DNA from: Candidatus Thorarchaeota archaeon
Lineage (GTDB): Archaea > Asgardarchaeota > Thorarchaeia > Thorarchaeales > Thorarchaeaceae
NCBI GenBank assembly: GCA_046758445.1
Contig: JBHIAE010000016.1
Span: forward strand, 1 to 58,989
DNA length: 58,989 bases
Direction of reading: 5' to 3'
The notes under the pieces are model-generated. The model searched no databases, was not told where the DNA came from, and was given only the letters and a program-made list of their open reading frames with translations. The translations under genes were made by a program, and so were the position numbers. Below, in pieces: positions 8,824 through 20,109 of this stretch. Position 1 is the first letter of the stretch; each line of letters begins with the position of its first letter.

Positions 8824-11484
8824 ATGGTGAAAGAAATGAACAAGACAACTCAAAAGGCGGAACAACAATCAAGCCTCTCGATGAGAATCGAAGGAATGCA
8901 TTGCGCTTCCTGCGTGAGCACGATTGAGAAAGCACTATTGAAGCAGGATGGTGTGATACGTGCTGCAGTGAGCCTGCTGGATGAAAAGGCAGTAGTTGAC
9001 TACGCACCGGAGAAGGTTGACAGAGCTGTCCTTGAGAAGGCAGTAGAGTCGACCGGATACAAGCCTGTTCGAGCGAAGATGACAATCACACTGACTCCCC
9101 GACCTGAGGAGGACCAGTGGGACTTGATCTTGGAGCATATTGGTCAGATTGAAGGGGTGATTAGTACGACCCCATTCACTGAACGTGGACGTCTTCTTGT
9201 AGAATACGACGAAAGTCTGGTGACTTTCAAGATAATAAAAAGGTCCCTGCAGGAGATTGGATTTGAAGTAGAGCACCATGACAGCATCGATGTTGATAGG
9301 GAAGCATCGACTCGTGAACGTGAGATTCGCTTCTACCTGCGGCTCTTGCTCTTTTCCACTATATTGAGCGTACCCATTCTCATACTGACCTTGGCACCCC
9401 AGATACTTCTACCATTTCTGCCACCTGGTACTGAGCCTGAGGTCCTGAACTTCATCTTAACCACACCAATCCAGTTCATTGCTGGATACCCTTTTTACAA
9501 ATCGACCTTTAGGGCTGCAAGACATGGTAAGGCCAATATGGACACTCTCATAATTCTGGGTACAACCGCAGCATACTTCTATTCTGTGGCAGCCACGTTC
9601 ATCCTTGAGGGATACGTTGCATTCTATGATACTGCCGCTCTGCTAATCACGTTTATCATTCTGGGCAGAGCCCTGGAGGCTATTGCGAAGGGCCGCACCT
9701 CTAAGGCCATAAGGAAGCTCTTGGACCTGCAGGCAAAGGTTGCAGTGATAATTCGAGATGGAGAAGAAATCACCGTCCTCATCGAAGATGTAGAGGTTGG
9801 AGACATTCTCCTCGTCAAACCCGGTGAGAAGGTTCCCGTTGACGGTGAAGTGATTGATGGTCAGTCGTCCGTCGACGAGTCCATGGTGACGGGAGAGTCC
9901 ATGCCAGTAAGTAAGAAAGTTGGAGATCCAGCAATTGGTTCCACAATCAACAAGAATGGCGTTCTCAAGATACGCGCCACCAAGGTGGGGCGGGACACTG
10001 TTCTCTCTCAGATAGTCCGTTTGGTAGAAGAGGCACAGACCAAGAAGCCTCCCATCCAGCGCAAGGCGGATGCAATCGCAGGGGTGTTCGTGCCAATAGT
10101 GATTGTGATGGCCGCAGCAACTTTCCTAGTATGGTATGGTCTCGAACCAGTGGAATGGGTGAGAGCGCTCAGCTTTATGATTGCAGTTCTTGTTGCAGCC
10201 TGTCCTTGCGCACTTGGTCTGGCGACACCCACGTCTCTGATGGTAGGCATTGGAAAGGGGGCAGAACAGGGCGTACTCATCAAGTCTGGGGCTGGTCTGG
10301 AAACCATCCCGAAGGTCGACACGATTGTTTTTGACAAAACGGGAACGCTTACTATCGGGAAGCCTACTGTAACAGACGTAGTAACAGACGGCAGTAGTGG
10401 CTCAGAAGAAATAATCAGGCTCGTTGCTGCCGTTGAGAAAAACAGTGAGCATCCATTGGCAGAGGCTATAGTCCACTATGCTGAGGAGAAGGGAATTGAG
10501 ATTCCGGAAACAAATGACTTCATTTCCGTCACTGGCCGAGGAGTAAGTGCAATTGTCGAAGGATCCAGAGTCCTTGTTGGAAATGACAGATACATGAATG
10601 AGAACAGCATCGACACTGGGAGCCTCCATGAGCATATTATGAGGCTGCAGGATGAAGGCAAGACGACCGTCTACGCCTCAAAGAATGGAGAATCCCCTGT
10701 TCTGATAGCGATTGCAGACACCTTGAAGGACGGTTCCTCAGAAGCAGTTTCGATGCTGCAAGACATGGGGATTGATGTCTTGATGATCACTGGTGATAAG
10801 GAGAGAACAGCTCGTGCAATAGCTCAATCTGTAGGAATACACAGGGTTCTTTCAGAGGTGTTGCCAGGTGATAAGGCCAACGAGGTCAAGAAGCTACAGG
10901 AAGAAGGGCATCTGGTTGCGATGACTGGTGATGGGGTAAACGATGCTCCAGCATTGGCCCAGTCAGATGTAGGCATTGCCCTAGGTTCAGGTACTGACGT
11001 ATCTGTGGAAACGGGTGATATTGTTTTGGTGAAAGACGACCTCTTGGATGTCGTTACTGGAATTGACGTCGGAAGAAAGACCATGAGTAAGATTAGACAG
11101 AACTTCTTCTGGGCTCTTGTCTACAATGTATCCCTGCTACCCATAGCCGCAGGAGTCATCTATCCCTTCACTGGTATTGTATTGATTCCTGAGTTTGCTG
11201 CTCTAGCCATGGCCTTCTCAAGCGTGAGTGTTGTTTCTAACTCCCTTTTGCTGGGACGCTATAATCCAAGTCGGCACAAGCAAATGGAAACGGTGGCAAA
11301 GAGTCCCGAATCCGCGGAAAGCGCAGTAGCAATTGACCCAATATGCAAGATGGATGTGGAGGTAGCCACTGCAGACCTCTATAGCGACTACAACGGCAAG
11401 AGGTATTACTTCTGTGCCGCGAACTGCAAGAATACCTTCGATCAGAACCCTGCTGAGTATGAGAACATGGATGTGAGGAGCTGA
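8824..11484 (+). CDS. copA: Cu(I)-translocating P1B-1 ATPase with N-terminal HMA domains and C-terminal YHS domain
   Basis: GMHCASC, TGES, CPC, DKTGT, SEHP, GDGVND, YN and MAFSS motifs; C-terminal DPICKM...YYFCAANCK. Start may be 8836. Confidence 0.95.
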   Translation: MVKEMNKTTQKAEQQSSLSMRIEGMHCASCVSTIEKALLKQDGVIRAAVSLLDEKAVVDYAPEKVDRAVLEKAVESTGYKPVRAKMTITLTPRPEEDQWDLILEHIGQIEGVISTTPFTERGRLLVEYDESLVTFKIIKRSLQEIGFEVEHHDSIDVDREASTREREIRFYLRLLLFSTILSVPILILTLAPQILLPFLPPGTEPEVLNFILTTPIQFIAGYPFYKSTFRAARHGKANMDTLIILGTTAAYFYSVAATFILEGYVAFYDTAALLITFIILGRALEAIAKGRTSKAIRKLLDLQAKVAVIIRDGEEITVLIEDVEVGDILLVKPGEKVPVDGEVIDGQSSVDESMVTGESMPVSKKVGDPAIGSTINKNGVLKIRATKVGRDTVLSQIVRLVEEAQTKKPPIQRKADAIAGVFVPIVIVMAAATFLVWYGLEPVEWVRALSFMIAVLVAACPCALGLATPTSLMVGIGKGAEQGVLIKSGAGLETIPKVDTIVFDKTGTLTIGKPTVTDVVTDGSSGSEEIIRLVAAVEKNSEHPLAEAIVHYAEEKGIEIPETNDFISVTGRGVSAIVEGSRVLVGNDRYMNENSIDTGSLHEHIMRLQDEGKTTVYASKNGESPVLIAIADTLKDGSSEAVSMLQDMGIDVLMITGDKERTARAIAQSVGIHRVLSEVLPGDKANEVKKLQEEGHLVAMTGDGVNDAPALAQSDVGIALGSGTDVSVETGDIVLVKDDLLDVVTGIDVGRKTMSKIRQNFFWALVYNVSLLPIAAGVIYPFTGIVLIPEFAALAMAFSSVSVVSNSLLLGRYNPSRHKQMETVAKSPESAESAVAIDPICKMDVEVATADLYSDYNGKRYYFCAANCKNTFDQNPAEYENMDVRS

Positions 11485-11581
11485 GGAACCAGCTCTCTCA
11501 TCCTCTCTCTTTTTTCAAATTTCGTGCGATGTCATGCAGAGAAGCATGTAGTGTGAAACCATTGCTTAAGGTGAGTCTGAC

Positions 11582-12070
11582 ATGCCCTTGAGAAGAAAGA
11601 AGGATGAGCGGCGGCACAACTCAGAGTCAGAAATGCAGATCATACTCTCGGACTTTTCACAGTTCTACGTTCTTCTGCTACTGAGTGAGGCCGCCTCTCA
11701 TGGGTATGGACTGATCAAGAAGTACAAGCGTAGAACTGGTAGAGAACTGAGCGCAGGCACACTCTACCCATTTCTTCAGTGGCTAAAACAAACTGGACTC
11801 ACACGACATGATGCTGAGTCAACAGGTATAAGGCAAAAGAGAGTCTATTCACTCACTGAGATGGGGAAGGCGTTCTGTGAACGACTGTTTCACAGGTTTG
11901 CCGCAATAACTGCATCCGCTATTGAGTCGAGTTTGGAAGTTTGTGCAAACTGTGGAGTCAAGATTTATGACGGTGGTCATGAAGAAGAGATTGACGGCGA
12001 TGTAATGGCTTTCTGCTGTCCACATTGTGCCACGGCATTCAAGCGTCAACGCCGAAATGCGCACCGCTGA
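11582..12070 (+). CDS. PadR-family wHTH regulator with C-terminal TRASH-like metal-binding domain
   Basis: LLLLSE...HGYGLIK...SAGTLYPFL...KRVYSLTEMG (PadR); CANC...FCCPHC. Confidence 0.85.
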   Translation: MPLRRKKDERRHNSESEMQIILSDFSQFYVLLLLSEAASHGYGLIKKYKRRTGRELSAGTLYPFLQWLKQTGLTRHDAESTGIRQKRVYSLTEMGKAFCERLFHRFAAITASAIESSLEVCANCGVKIYDGGHEEEIDGDVMAFCCPHCATAFKRQRRNAHR

Positions 12071-12671
12071 GTAACCCCCCTCGAGGCCATTTTCAACGAT
12101 GAATCCCTTTTTCTGTTGCACCATTTCTGTAGTATCCAGAAACTTGAGAACGAAGTATGACCTGATAGCTGGCTCGCCTCTGGTGATGCTAACCGCCCGT
12201 AGCTCATCGTAGTCAACCATGTCGGTTGCCCTAAGGACCTCATAGTTGCTGAGTTTTCTGGTCGATGTATCCTTACGGCTGGATGCAAGACACTGAATAC
12301 AGTGCTGGTTTCATCTTGAAGTGACCTGAATACGAACATCGTGAGATAGTATATAGGTCGCTCACTCCCACTTAAGGCGAATAGAGGACGGAAACACGCT
12401 AATCGCATAGACAAGATTGGAAAGGGACACTCGTGAAGACTGTGGTTTGTGACGTGAACTATTCTTCCTGATTCGCTTGTTTTGGAGGATCCTTACTTGG
12501 TCTTGATTTGAGAACGACGCCGACCAATCTTGCTGAAGAGGCTTCATAAGAGACTGTTTGCATTTCTATCTGCACGCCAAAGGACAGAACTCCTACAAGC
12601 TGGAAAAGACTGGGCTTTGATAACTCATGGACGTAACGCAGTGTACAGATTTGCCCGACCAGACAGAAACA

Positions 12672-12741
12672 GACATATCACACAGGATAAGAGCACAGCA
12701 AAGATTATATATCGGTGTTGATATATCCAGTGCGATAGAAC
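12672..12741. promoter_or_regulatory. GATATATC array upstream of the ABC transporter operon
   Basis: TATATATC (12706), GATATATC (12720), GATAGAAC (12734); also GACATATC (12672) and GATAAGAG (12686). Confidence 0.7.
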
Positions 12742-12801
12742 TGAGTAGAACGTCTGAGCACGGTGGTCCTGATCGCTCGGAAGTCCTAATGAGGTATACA
12801 A

Positions 12802-13911
12802 ATGGTCCGCTTGACAAAAGAGAACCTGAAGAGTGAGAAGTCCAAAGTTGGTATCAGCATTGGTGGAGTGGTGCTCAGTGTCTTCCTGATATTGACCATG
12901 ATGGGGCTCTACTACGGATTCGATACGATGATGGATGGTATGGTACGTGGAATAGGGGCAGATCTCTGGGTGACGTCAGAAGGAGCTAGTGGGTCTTTAC
13001 ACAGCCCTTCACTTCTCCCTCTAACGCTCGAGGAGAACATCACAGGAATCGAGGGTGTGGAAGAATGCGTTCCTTTTATTCGAACACCCGTGTCAACAGA
13101 ATCTGATGAGGGGAAGTTACTGCTATACATCAACAGCTACGAGAATGAGTCAGGTATGGGAGGTCCGTGGAGTATCATAGAAGGCAGATCAGAAGTAACA
13201 GATGGTGAGATTATTGTCGACAAGGCCCTTGCCTTCAAACTAGGTCTAAGGATCGGTGGGAATTTCACAATTGAGGACAGGGATTTTCGTGTAGTGGGAA
13301 TCTCCGACGAAACGAATATGATGATAGCCTACTTTGTCTTCATCACGTTTGAGGACGCCAAATCATTTCTATTAGAAGGTGTGACCAACTACTTTCTTGT
13401 TAAGGTTGAATCCAATTCAGACTTAGATACAGTGATGGCCGCAATCGAGAATGCGTTGTCTGACATCTCAGTCAGTACACCCGGCGAAACTGCAGAGTCA
13501 TATAAGAATGAGATTCTTGGCGGCTTTGTACCAATCTTCTATGTACTGAGTATGATTGGATTGCTAGTTGGTATACAGGTAATAGGAGTCATGGTGTACA
13601 GTCTGACCATGGAGAAAGCCAGAGAGTTTGGAATCCTGAAGGCCCTAGGTGCGAGCAATCTGTACCTTTACAGAGTCGTAGTGATTCAGGCATTGGCTGT
13701 TTCACTTCTCGGTTTTGTCATTGGCTCCCTGATTGTGCCTCCACTGATTTCCTTCCTGCAGGTCTATGTTCCTGAGTTTGTAGTGGAGATTACGCTTGAC
13801 ATGGTCATTGGTGTTTCAGCATTGGGTATCGTAACGGGGCTCATCGCCTCAGTCGTCCCTGTCAGGAAGCTGGCGGGACTCGATCCAGCCCTCGTATTCA
13901 AGGAGGCTTAG
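12802..13911 (+). CDS. Type VII (MacB/FtsX/HrtB-like) ABC transporter permease
   Basis: One TM helix, a large extracytoplasmic domain (GADLWV), then three TM helices; EKAREFGILKALGAS and LDPALVFK motifs. Confidence 0.9.
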   Translation: MVRLTKENLKSEKSKVGISIGGVVLSVFLILTMMGLYYGFDTMMDGMVRGIGADLWVTSEGASGSLHSPSLLPLTLEENITGIEGVEECVPFIRTPVSTESDEGKLLLYINSYENESGMGGPWSIIEGRSEVTDGEIIVDKALAFKLGLRIGGNFTIEDRDFRVVGISDETNMMIAYFVFITFEDAKSFLLEGVTNYFLVKVESNSDLDTVMAAIENALSDISVSTPGETAESYKNEILGGFVPIFYVLSMIGLLVGIQVIGVMVYSLTMEKAREFGILKALGASNLYLYRVVVIQALAVSLLGFVIGSLIVPPLISFLQVYVPEFVVEITLDMVIGVSALGIVTGLIASVVPVRKLAGLDPALVFKEA

Positions 13912-13914
13912 AAG

Positions 13915-14808
13915 GTGTCTGACACTGTTAATGCCGGCCAAAGGCATACTGTTGAGCTAACCAACGTCACAAAGGTCTACGGGGCTGGAGCTGCGTCCGT
14001 GACAGCAGTCGATGATATATCACTGCACGTTGAGAGAGGAGAGATGGTTGTCCTGATGGGGCCTTCAGGTTCCGGGAAGACAACTCTGATACAGTTGATT
14101 GGCGCTCTGCTGAGTCCGTCGGCAGGGGAGATCCGTGTCAATGGAAGAAGTTTCACAGGGCTATCGAAGAGGCAGTTATCTATGATTCGCCTGCAGGAGA
14201 TGGGGTTCGTCTTTCAGAATCCTAACTTGCTCTCTTCACTCACAGCATCTCAGAATGTGGAGCTGGTACTGAACCTTTCAGGAGTGAAAGGGAGTCGGGC
14301 ACGGCAGACTGCAGACAGGTTGCTGGACCGAATGGGTCTTGCAGAAAGGCTTGACCACAAACCTAGTCAGTTGAGCGGAGGGGAACAACAGCGAGTGGCA
14401 ATTGCCAGGGCGATTGCCAATGACCCTCAGCTGATACTTGCAGATGAACCCACTGCTAACCTGGACTCAAAGACTGGACACCAAGTCATCGAGCTACTTA
14501 GGCAGACTGCCAAAGAGAAAGGCAAGACAGTGATCATTGCCACACATGACCTTAGAATAAGGGATCTCGCTGACAGGGTCCTGTGGCTGGAGGACGGTGT
14601 CCTGAGTGTGAGATGGTCGAAGGAGTTCATGATTGACCCAGTCTGTCTGATGTTGGTCGATAGGACCACAAGGCTGACGGCTGTTTATCAAAGCAAGAAA
14701 TACTACTTCTGTAACAACACATGCATGGACGAGTTCCTGCGCAGTCCGGACAAGTACGAGGGAAAGGGCTCATGGAACGGAGTTTCAGACAGAAACGAGA
14801 GATCTTGA
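13915..14808 (+). CDS. ABC ATPase (LolD/MacB-like) with C-terminal YHS/TRASH domain
   Basis: GPSGSGKTT, LSGGEQQR, ILADEPTANLD, ATHD; tail IDPVCLMLV...YYFCNNTCMDEFLRSPDKY. Confidence 0.92.
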   Translation: MSDTVNAGQRHTVELTNVTKVYGAGAASVTAVDDISLHVERGEMVVLMGPSGSGKTTLIQLIGALLSPSAGEIRVNGRSFTGLSKRQLSMIRLQEMGFVFQNPNLLSSLTASQNVELVLNLSGVKGSRARQTADRLLDRMGLAERLDHKPSQLSGGEQQRVAIARAIANDPQLILADEPTANLDSKTGHQVIELLRQTAKEKGKTVIIATHDLRIRDLADRVLWLEDGVLSVRWSKEFMIDPVCLMLVDRTTRLTAVYQSKKYYFCNNTCMDEFLRSPDKYEGKGSWNGVSDRNERS

Positions 14809-14933
14809 AGGGAATATCATCAGTAATGAAGTGAATCGGGTCTGCTCGACACTTCAATATACCACACTGTTTCCTGTCAGTGGGATTCATACATTCCTCC
14901 TTCGCCAGATGAACGATGCGAAACGGATGGAGC

Positions 14934-14977
14934 AAAACACAAAAAAAGGAAGGGCACTTGTTTCGTGCCACTTCCCT
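14934..14977 (-). terminator. Hairpin plus T-tract after the cytochrome-like gene
   Basis: Minus strand reads GGAAGTGGCAC-GAAACAA-GTGCCCTTCC followed by TTTTTTTGTGTTTT, just after the stop at 14986. Confidence 0.55.
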
Positions 14978-14985
14978 GAATGATT

Positions 14986-15939
14986 CTAACCCCTTCTTCT
15001 GGCAACTACCGCGACAATGATTACTAATACGACTATAGCTCCTGATGTAACAAGAAGCACCTCAGGAGCAAGCCCACCATCCGTGTCCGTTGGAGAGGTA
15101 GTCGTGTCTCCATAGCCATTTATCCAGACTGATTGCACGAAGCTCACAGAATGGCTTGCCCCTGCTGAACCACTGAAGATGGCTATAGCGAACTCATAGT
15201 ATCCATCGTGGTCGAACTGTACATCCCCAGGATCGTCGGTCACTAGCGGCCTTACCATCTCAATCTGATAGTTCTGCTCATAGTGATCCGTGATGTTCCC
15301 ATGAGCCGCTGCAGTCTGAACATTCTGGAATGTATCCGTATGCCAACCCTCGCTATCGAAGGAATAGTCTATGACACTGCCGGTCACAGTCTTGTTGCCT
15401 CTATTGGCGGTTGGAACCTGTGTCCCAGTTTCACTTGCAGAGGGTTTCCATGTGAAACTGTCAACTGCCTCTCCAGCATTTGGAGTTTCCATACCTGAGA
15501 AGTATGCCGCGGTGAAATTGGCGGCATTTATGTTCCAACAAATCGCGAAGCCATCACTGTCCTGGTACTGGGGAGTATCCGTGCCATTGATGTCGGGATC
15601 CTCCCAGCTCACAAGAATAAACAAATGAGTAGTATTTTGGGCAAATATCATCTTGACCATTTGTTCATTGGCGCCAAACATGCCGCCCACAGGTACTTCC
15701 ATCCGTTTTCCATATGTTTCTTGCCAGAACGGTTCAGTAGCCTTGCCGTCGAGGGTGATTTCCATATCTCCGTATCGTTCATCATACGCAATGGCCGGGC
15801 TGTTGTGACAGAGGCTACAATCGGCGTTTCCGCCGAAGCCCGGAAATGCATGTATCTGCGTTGCTGCGAAACCGCTAAGTAAAACCAACATTGCAATGAG
15901 AACGATGCCGTGAAGAGTTCCTTTTCTTCTCTTTCTCAT
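14986..15939 (-). CDS. Membrane-anchored surface protein with CxxCH heme-c motif and EB_dh/DOMON(CBM9-like) domain
   Basis: Signal peptide; CSLCH; ITLDGKATEPFW, FILVSWEDP, DGFAICW, IEMVRPL..DDPGDVQF, FAIAIF; Thr-rich linker and C-terminal TM with RRR. Confidence 0.75.
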   Translation of the reverse strand: MRKRRKGTLHGIVLIAMLVLLSGFAATQIHAFPGFGGNADCSLCHNSPAIAYDERYGDMEITLDGKATEPFWQETYGKRMEVPVGGMFGANEQMVKMIFAQNTTHLFILVSWEDPDINGTDTPQYQDSDGFAICWNINAANFTAAYFSGMETPNAGEAVDSFTWKPSASETGTQVPTANRGNKTVTGSVIDYSFDSEGWHTDTFQNVQTAAAHGNITDHYEQNYQIEMVRPLVTDDPGDVQFDHDGYYEFAIAIFSGSAGASHSVSFVQSVWINGYGDTTTSPTDTDGGLAPEVLLVTSGAIVVLVIIVAVVARRRG

Positions 15940-15987
15940 TCCTCACACCTTGAGATGATTGACATCATCGAAAGATGGCACCTGGTG

Positions 15988-16009
15988 GATATAACCTCCC
16001 AGATATAAC
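15988..16009. promoter_or_regulatory. Variant 14-bp-period pair upstream of the cytochrome-like gene
   Basis: GATATAAC (15988) and GATATAAC (16002). Confidence 0.5.
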
Positions 16010-16234
16010 AGTTACGTACTATATTTCGATGACTATAGCTATCTTCTGTAATAGCGGAAAAAGGAGCCGCTGATAGCTGACGATAACTAGCACACTGTTT
16101 CTAGATGACCACACTTTGAATCTCTAGTGAAACCTCAAGAAGACGAAACCGATGCGTTAGATATCTCGCTAGGAGTCTGTTACTCAAGGGAGAAGGAAAA
16201 CAGTAGACTATGAACTCGAGCCTCAATTCAACCT

Positions 16235-16276
16235 TTTATATCCAAATGGATATATCCATATGGATGTACTTATAAG
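16235..16276 (+). promoter_or_regulatory. GATATATC array fused to a TATA box
   Basis: TTTATATC (16235), GATATATC (16249), GATGTACT (16263) running into CTTATAAG. Confidence 0.7.
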
Positions 16277-16360
16277 TGGATGTTGGTCTGGCCTTGTGAA
16301 CCGGGCAGCACTCCCAGTGTCAGCTGATGTTCAATACCTGTCATCTATAAAACCAATGGA

Positions 16361-16852
16361 ATGGAAAATCAGCCGAATCAACTGAAAGGTTCAATTCGAT
16401 TGGATGTCATTGCTGTGAGTGAGTACCAAGAACAACCACGAGAAGCATATGTGTTGTCCATAGTGGGCGGAATACTAATCGCTGCAGTAGGACTTTCATG
16501 GATCATACCGATGCTAATGGGATGGAATGAGAGCTGGTTTGATTGGCTTGACAATCTCATGCACGGTGTTGACGATCACAGTCATTTCTGGGGGTTTGGA
16601 GGTTACGGATATGTAATGGGGCTGTCAGGATTTGTCCTAGGAATCGGTGTCGTACTAGCCTCTGTGATGCTCAAGAAACGACCCGATGAACATGGAACTT
16701 GGGGTGTTGTGATAATAATCCTCTCAGCCGTAAGCGTGATTGGCGGAATGGGCGGCATGGTTATTGGACTCCTCCTCGGAATTGTCGGGGGCATTCTCGC
16801 TGTTTTATGGCAGCCTCCAAGCCAGTTCTACATGCATTCAAATCAGGACTGA
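16361..16852 (+). CDS. Small Gly-rich 4-TM membrane protein with His/Met loop (DUF6114-like)
   Basis: AYVLSIVGGILI...MHGVDDHSH...GLLLGIVGGILAVLW. Start may be GTG 16415. Confidence 0.7.
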   Translation: MENQPNQLKGSIRLDVIAVSEYQEQPREAYVLSIVGGILIAAVGLSWIIPMLMGWNESWFDWLDNLMHGVDDHSHFWGFGGYGYVMGLSGFVLGIGVVLASVMLKKRPDEHGTWGVVIIILSAVSVIGGMGGMVIGLLLGIVGGILAVLWQPPSQFYMHSNQD

Positions 16853-16869
16853 ATCGGAGAGTAGAGATA

Positions 16870-17490
16870 GTGTTCCTCGCTGAGTCAGAAACGCTTCTCG
16901 TTTTCACGTTTTTACTTCTAGCAGAGTTGTTCTTCTTGCCAGGCCTCCTCATTTCAATAATCTCTCCTAAATATCGTGTTTGGCCTCCTCCCCATAAGCG
17001 ATCCTGGCAATTCTGGTATGTGTGGATTCTAGCCATAATCGGCATGGTGGGGGTTCCGATTATCGGGATTATCGACTGGGGTAGTTTGCATATAGGGGGA
17101 CCTGTCATCGCTGTGGCGGGTATAACATTGATAGCAACTGGAATGGCACTTGCTGTTTGGGGTGTTCGAACACTCTCATCTGACCAGAGCATGGGAATGA
17201 AGGGCGAGTTTATTACAAGGGGACCATATCGATATACCCGAAATCCACAGTACTTGGGCGATGTTCTCTTGATGATTGGGATTGTCCTAGTAACTGACTC
17301 AGTTATGGCTCTGGTCACTGGCACCTTAGCAATCTTATGGTTCTTGCTTGCTCCACTTGCTGAAGAACCGTGGCTTAGCGAGCAGTTCGGGGAAGAGTAT
17401 GAACAATATTGCCGTAGAGTCCCTCGCTTTGTTTCTCTAAGGTCCTTTAGTCGATTGACCACTGATAGTGCCCTTCCTGAGAAAGAGTAG
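16870..17490 (+). CDS. ICMT/PEMT-family integral membrane methyltransferase
   Basis: ITRGPYRYTRNPQYLG and EE..L...FGEEYEQYCRRVPRF motifs; GTG start at 16870. Confidence 0.85.
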   Translation: MFLAESETLLVFTFLLLAELFFLPGLLISIISPKYRVWPPPHKRSWQFWYVWILAIIGMVGVPIIGIIDWGSLHIGGPVIAVAGITLIATGMALAVWGVRTLSSDQSMGMKGEFITRGPYRYTRNPQYLGDVLLMIGIVLVTDSVMALVTGTLAILWFLLAPLAEEPWLSEQFGEEYEQYCRRVPRFVSLRSFSRLTTDSALPEKE

Positions 17491-17555
17491 TAGTGCACTT
17501 CTTGGGATATGCGTCTTATACGTGCCCGGTTTCTGGATAGCTATATCACTGCGCC

Positions 17556-19805
17556 CTAAATTCTTGCCCGTTTTAGCAACAGTGCGTTGAAAAGCACACT
17601 GATGGAGCTTAGAGACATCGTAATAGCGGCTACCTCAGGCCGCAGGACAATTCCGAGGGGAACAAGTATGCCAGCGGCCAATGGTATAGCTACAACATTG
17701 TAGCCTGTGGCCCACACCAAGTTTTCATTCATTTTGCGTGTGGTCCTTCTGCTCAGACTCATAAGTTTCGAAACATCCCTTGGGTCATTCTTGATCAGCA
17801 CAACGTCTGCTGATTCAACAGCAACATCAGTACCTGCACCAATGGCTATCCCTATGTCCGCTTGAACTAAGGCTGGCGCATCATTGATACCATCTCCAAC
17901 CATTGCAACCCTCTTTCCCTGCCTTTGTAGCAACTTCATTTGGTCCGCCTTTTGATCAGGAAGAACCTCTGCGAAGAACGTGTCCAAGCCTAACTCATCA
18001 GCTACATATGCTGCTGTCTGTCTATTATCGCCAGTGAGCATTGCTATTTCAACGCCTAGATTCTTAAGAACACGAATTGCCTCCCTTGACTCGTTTCGTA
18101 TTATATCCGCCATGGCAATTAAACCATGAAGGCTCTTGTCTGTAGCGACATATATGACTGTCTTACCCTGAGACGAAAGCCTTGAAACTTCCCGTTCATG
18201 TTTCTTTGTTTCCAAACCCAAGTCAGTCATCAGGCGCTCATTGCCAAGATAGACGTTATCATTGGCCACAATGGCCTTGGCACCCTTACCAGGAATGGCG
18301 TTGAATTTCTCGGCCCTGATATTCTGCATGCCTGCATCCTTCGATCTCTTAACTATTGCCTGTGCTATTGGGTGTTCAGAGTTAATCTCAATAGCAGCGG
18401 CCTTTTCCAGAATCTCATCCTCACTCCAAGTAGCTAATCGAACAATATCGGTGACTCCAAACTCCCCTGTGGTTAGTGTCCCGGTCTTATCGAAAACCAC
18501 TATGTCAATTGTCTTTGCAATTTCGAGAGCCTCAGCGTTTTTGACAAGCATCCCGTTGTTCGCAGCCATAGTTGTAGAAATTGATGTTACTGCAGGAATG
18601 GCTATGCCAAGGGCATGGGGACATGTAATGACTATGACTGTGATGGCCAATGTCAGGGCGAAAATGATTCCCGCCCCGATACCAAGCCAGAAGAGGAAAG
18701 TTCCTGTACCAACAATTATGGCAATAAGAGTGAGATAATGGGCTGCTCTATCAGCTAGTTTTTGAACTCGGGGTTTGGAGGTCATGGCTTGTTGCACAAG
18801 CATAATGATCTGGGCAATGGCAGTTTCTTCACCAGTTCTAGTGACCTTTACCTGAATTGCCCCCTCAACGTTGATTGTCCCTCCGATTATTCCGTCCCCT
18901 CTCTTCTTTGTAACTGGCTTTGACTCGCCAGTTATCATGGCCTCATTCGCAGAAGTTTCTCCATCTATCACAACTCCATCTATTGGGACCTTGTCACCTG
19001 GCCTTACTAGAATAAGATCATCCACTTCCAAATCGGATGTGGGGATTTCTTGAATGTCTCCATTCTTCATCAGGTTGGCCTATGGTGGGATGAGTTTCAC
19101 AAGCTCTTTTAGCGCTCCTGATGCGGTTCTTTGAGCCCTCATCTCCATCCAGTGTCCAAAAAGGATGAAAGAGGCTAATGTACTAATCTCCCAGTAGAAG
19201 TCTGGAGCATCAAAGAGAAAGGTGGTTCCTAAGCTGTACAGATATCCAGCCAACAGTGCAATAGTCACTAACACACTCATGTCTAGCGTCCGTATTCTCA
19301 AGGCTCTGAGTGAGCCCTTATAGAAGACAAGACCCCCGTATACTATAACAACCGAGGCTGAAAGGACGAGCAGGATATCTAGGGCAAGATTCGATGGCAG
19401 AGAAAAGCCTAGCCACTGTTGAATTGAAGGTGACAAGATTAAAACTGGAACTGTGAAAAGAGCCGCAACCAAAAAGTGCCTTTTCATCTCTACCTCCATC
19501 ATAGCATGGTGGTCATGAGCAGCCGGCTTATGCATTCTTGTTGCTTCATGTTCGATGTGGGCCATTTCATGAGATGGTTTTCGTTCTTCACAGCGAATTG
19601 CACATTGTCTTAGCCCTTCAATTACTTCTCCTGCAGAAACCATGTCCTGATGAACCTTGACGCTTAGCAAGTGGTTTATAGGATCGAAGGCAGAATCAAC
19701 GACATGAGGAATTGCGTTCACCATGTCCTCAATCTTGCAAGAGCATTCCGGTGAGATGTAGTCATTAACTTTCAGAGAAATCGTTTCATAAGTACCATTC
19801 ATCAT
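17556..19805 (-). pseudogene. copB: CopB-type (P1B-3) heavy-metal ATPase interrupted by one in-frame TAG
   Basis: ORFs 19080-19805 and 17556-19070 are in the same frame (LIPP-TAG-ANLMKNG). His-rich N-terminus; TGES, CPH, DKTGT, SEHP, GDGIND, YN, MSLSS motifs. Confidence 0.88.
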
Positions 19806-20109
19806 TATCCGACCCTCGATAGGATATTATAGGTACTATCCAACCACTTGCCCTCATTGGTTTTCTTTGGGGTTCACCTATAACACTGATAAAAAAGATT
19901 TGGTTCATTGGATGAGATTGGAATGTACCCGTGATGCCACGATGAAGGTCATTCGTTTCTCGAACTAGCATTGTCTTTTGCAGCTCATCTCCCTAGTAGA
20001 TCCGATTTAGCTCCAATCCATCTAATCAGCACCCATAACTTACCGAATCCTACCAGATTCCCTCCATAGATGATTCGACAGATTAGTCAATGGATAGAAC
20101 ATACTGATA

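Noticed and set aside
12060-12220. Rhodanese-like fragment on the minus strand (VDYDELR...RSY...GF..ENGLEGGYSA)
   Set aside because: No active-site Cys loop, and the frame runs antisense into the PadR gene; too weak to call.
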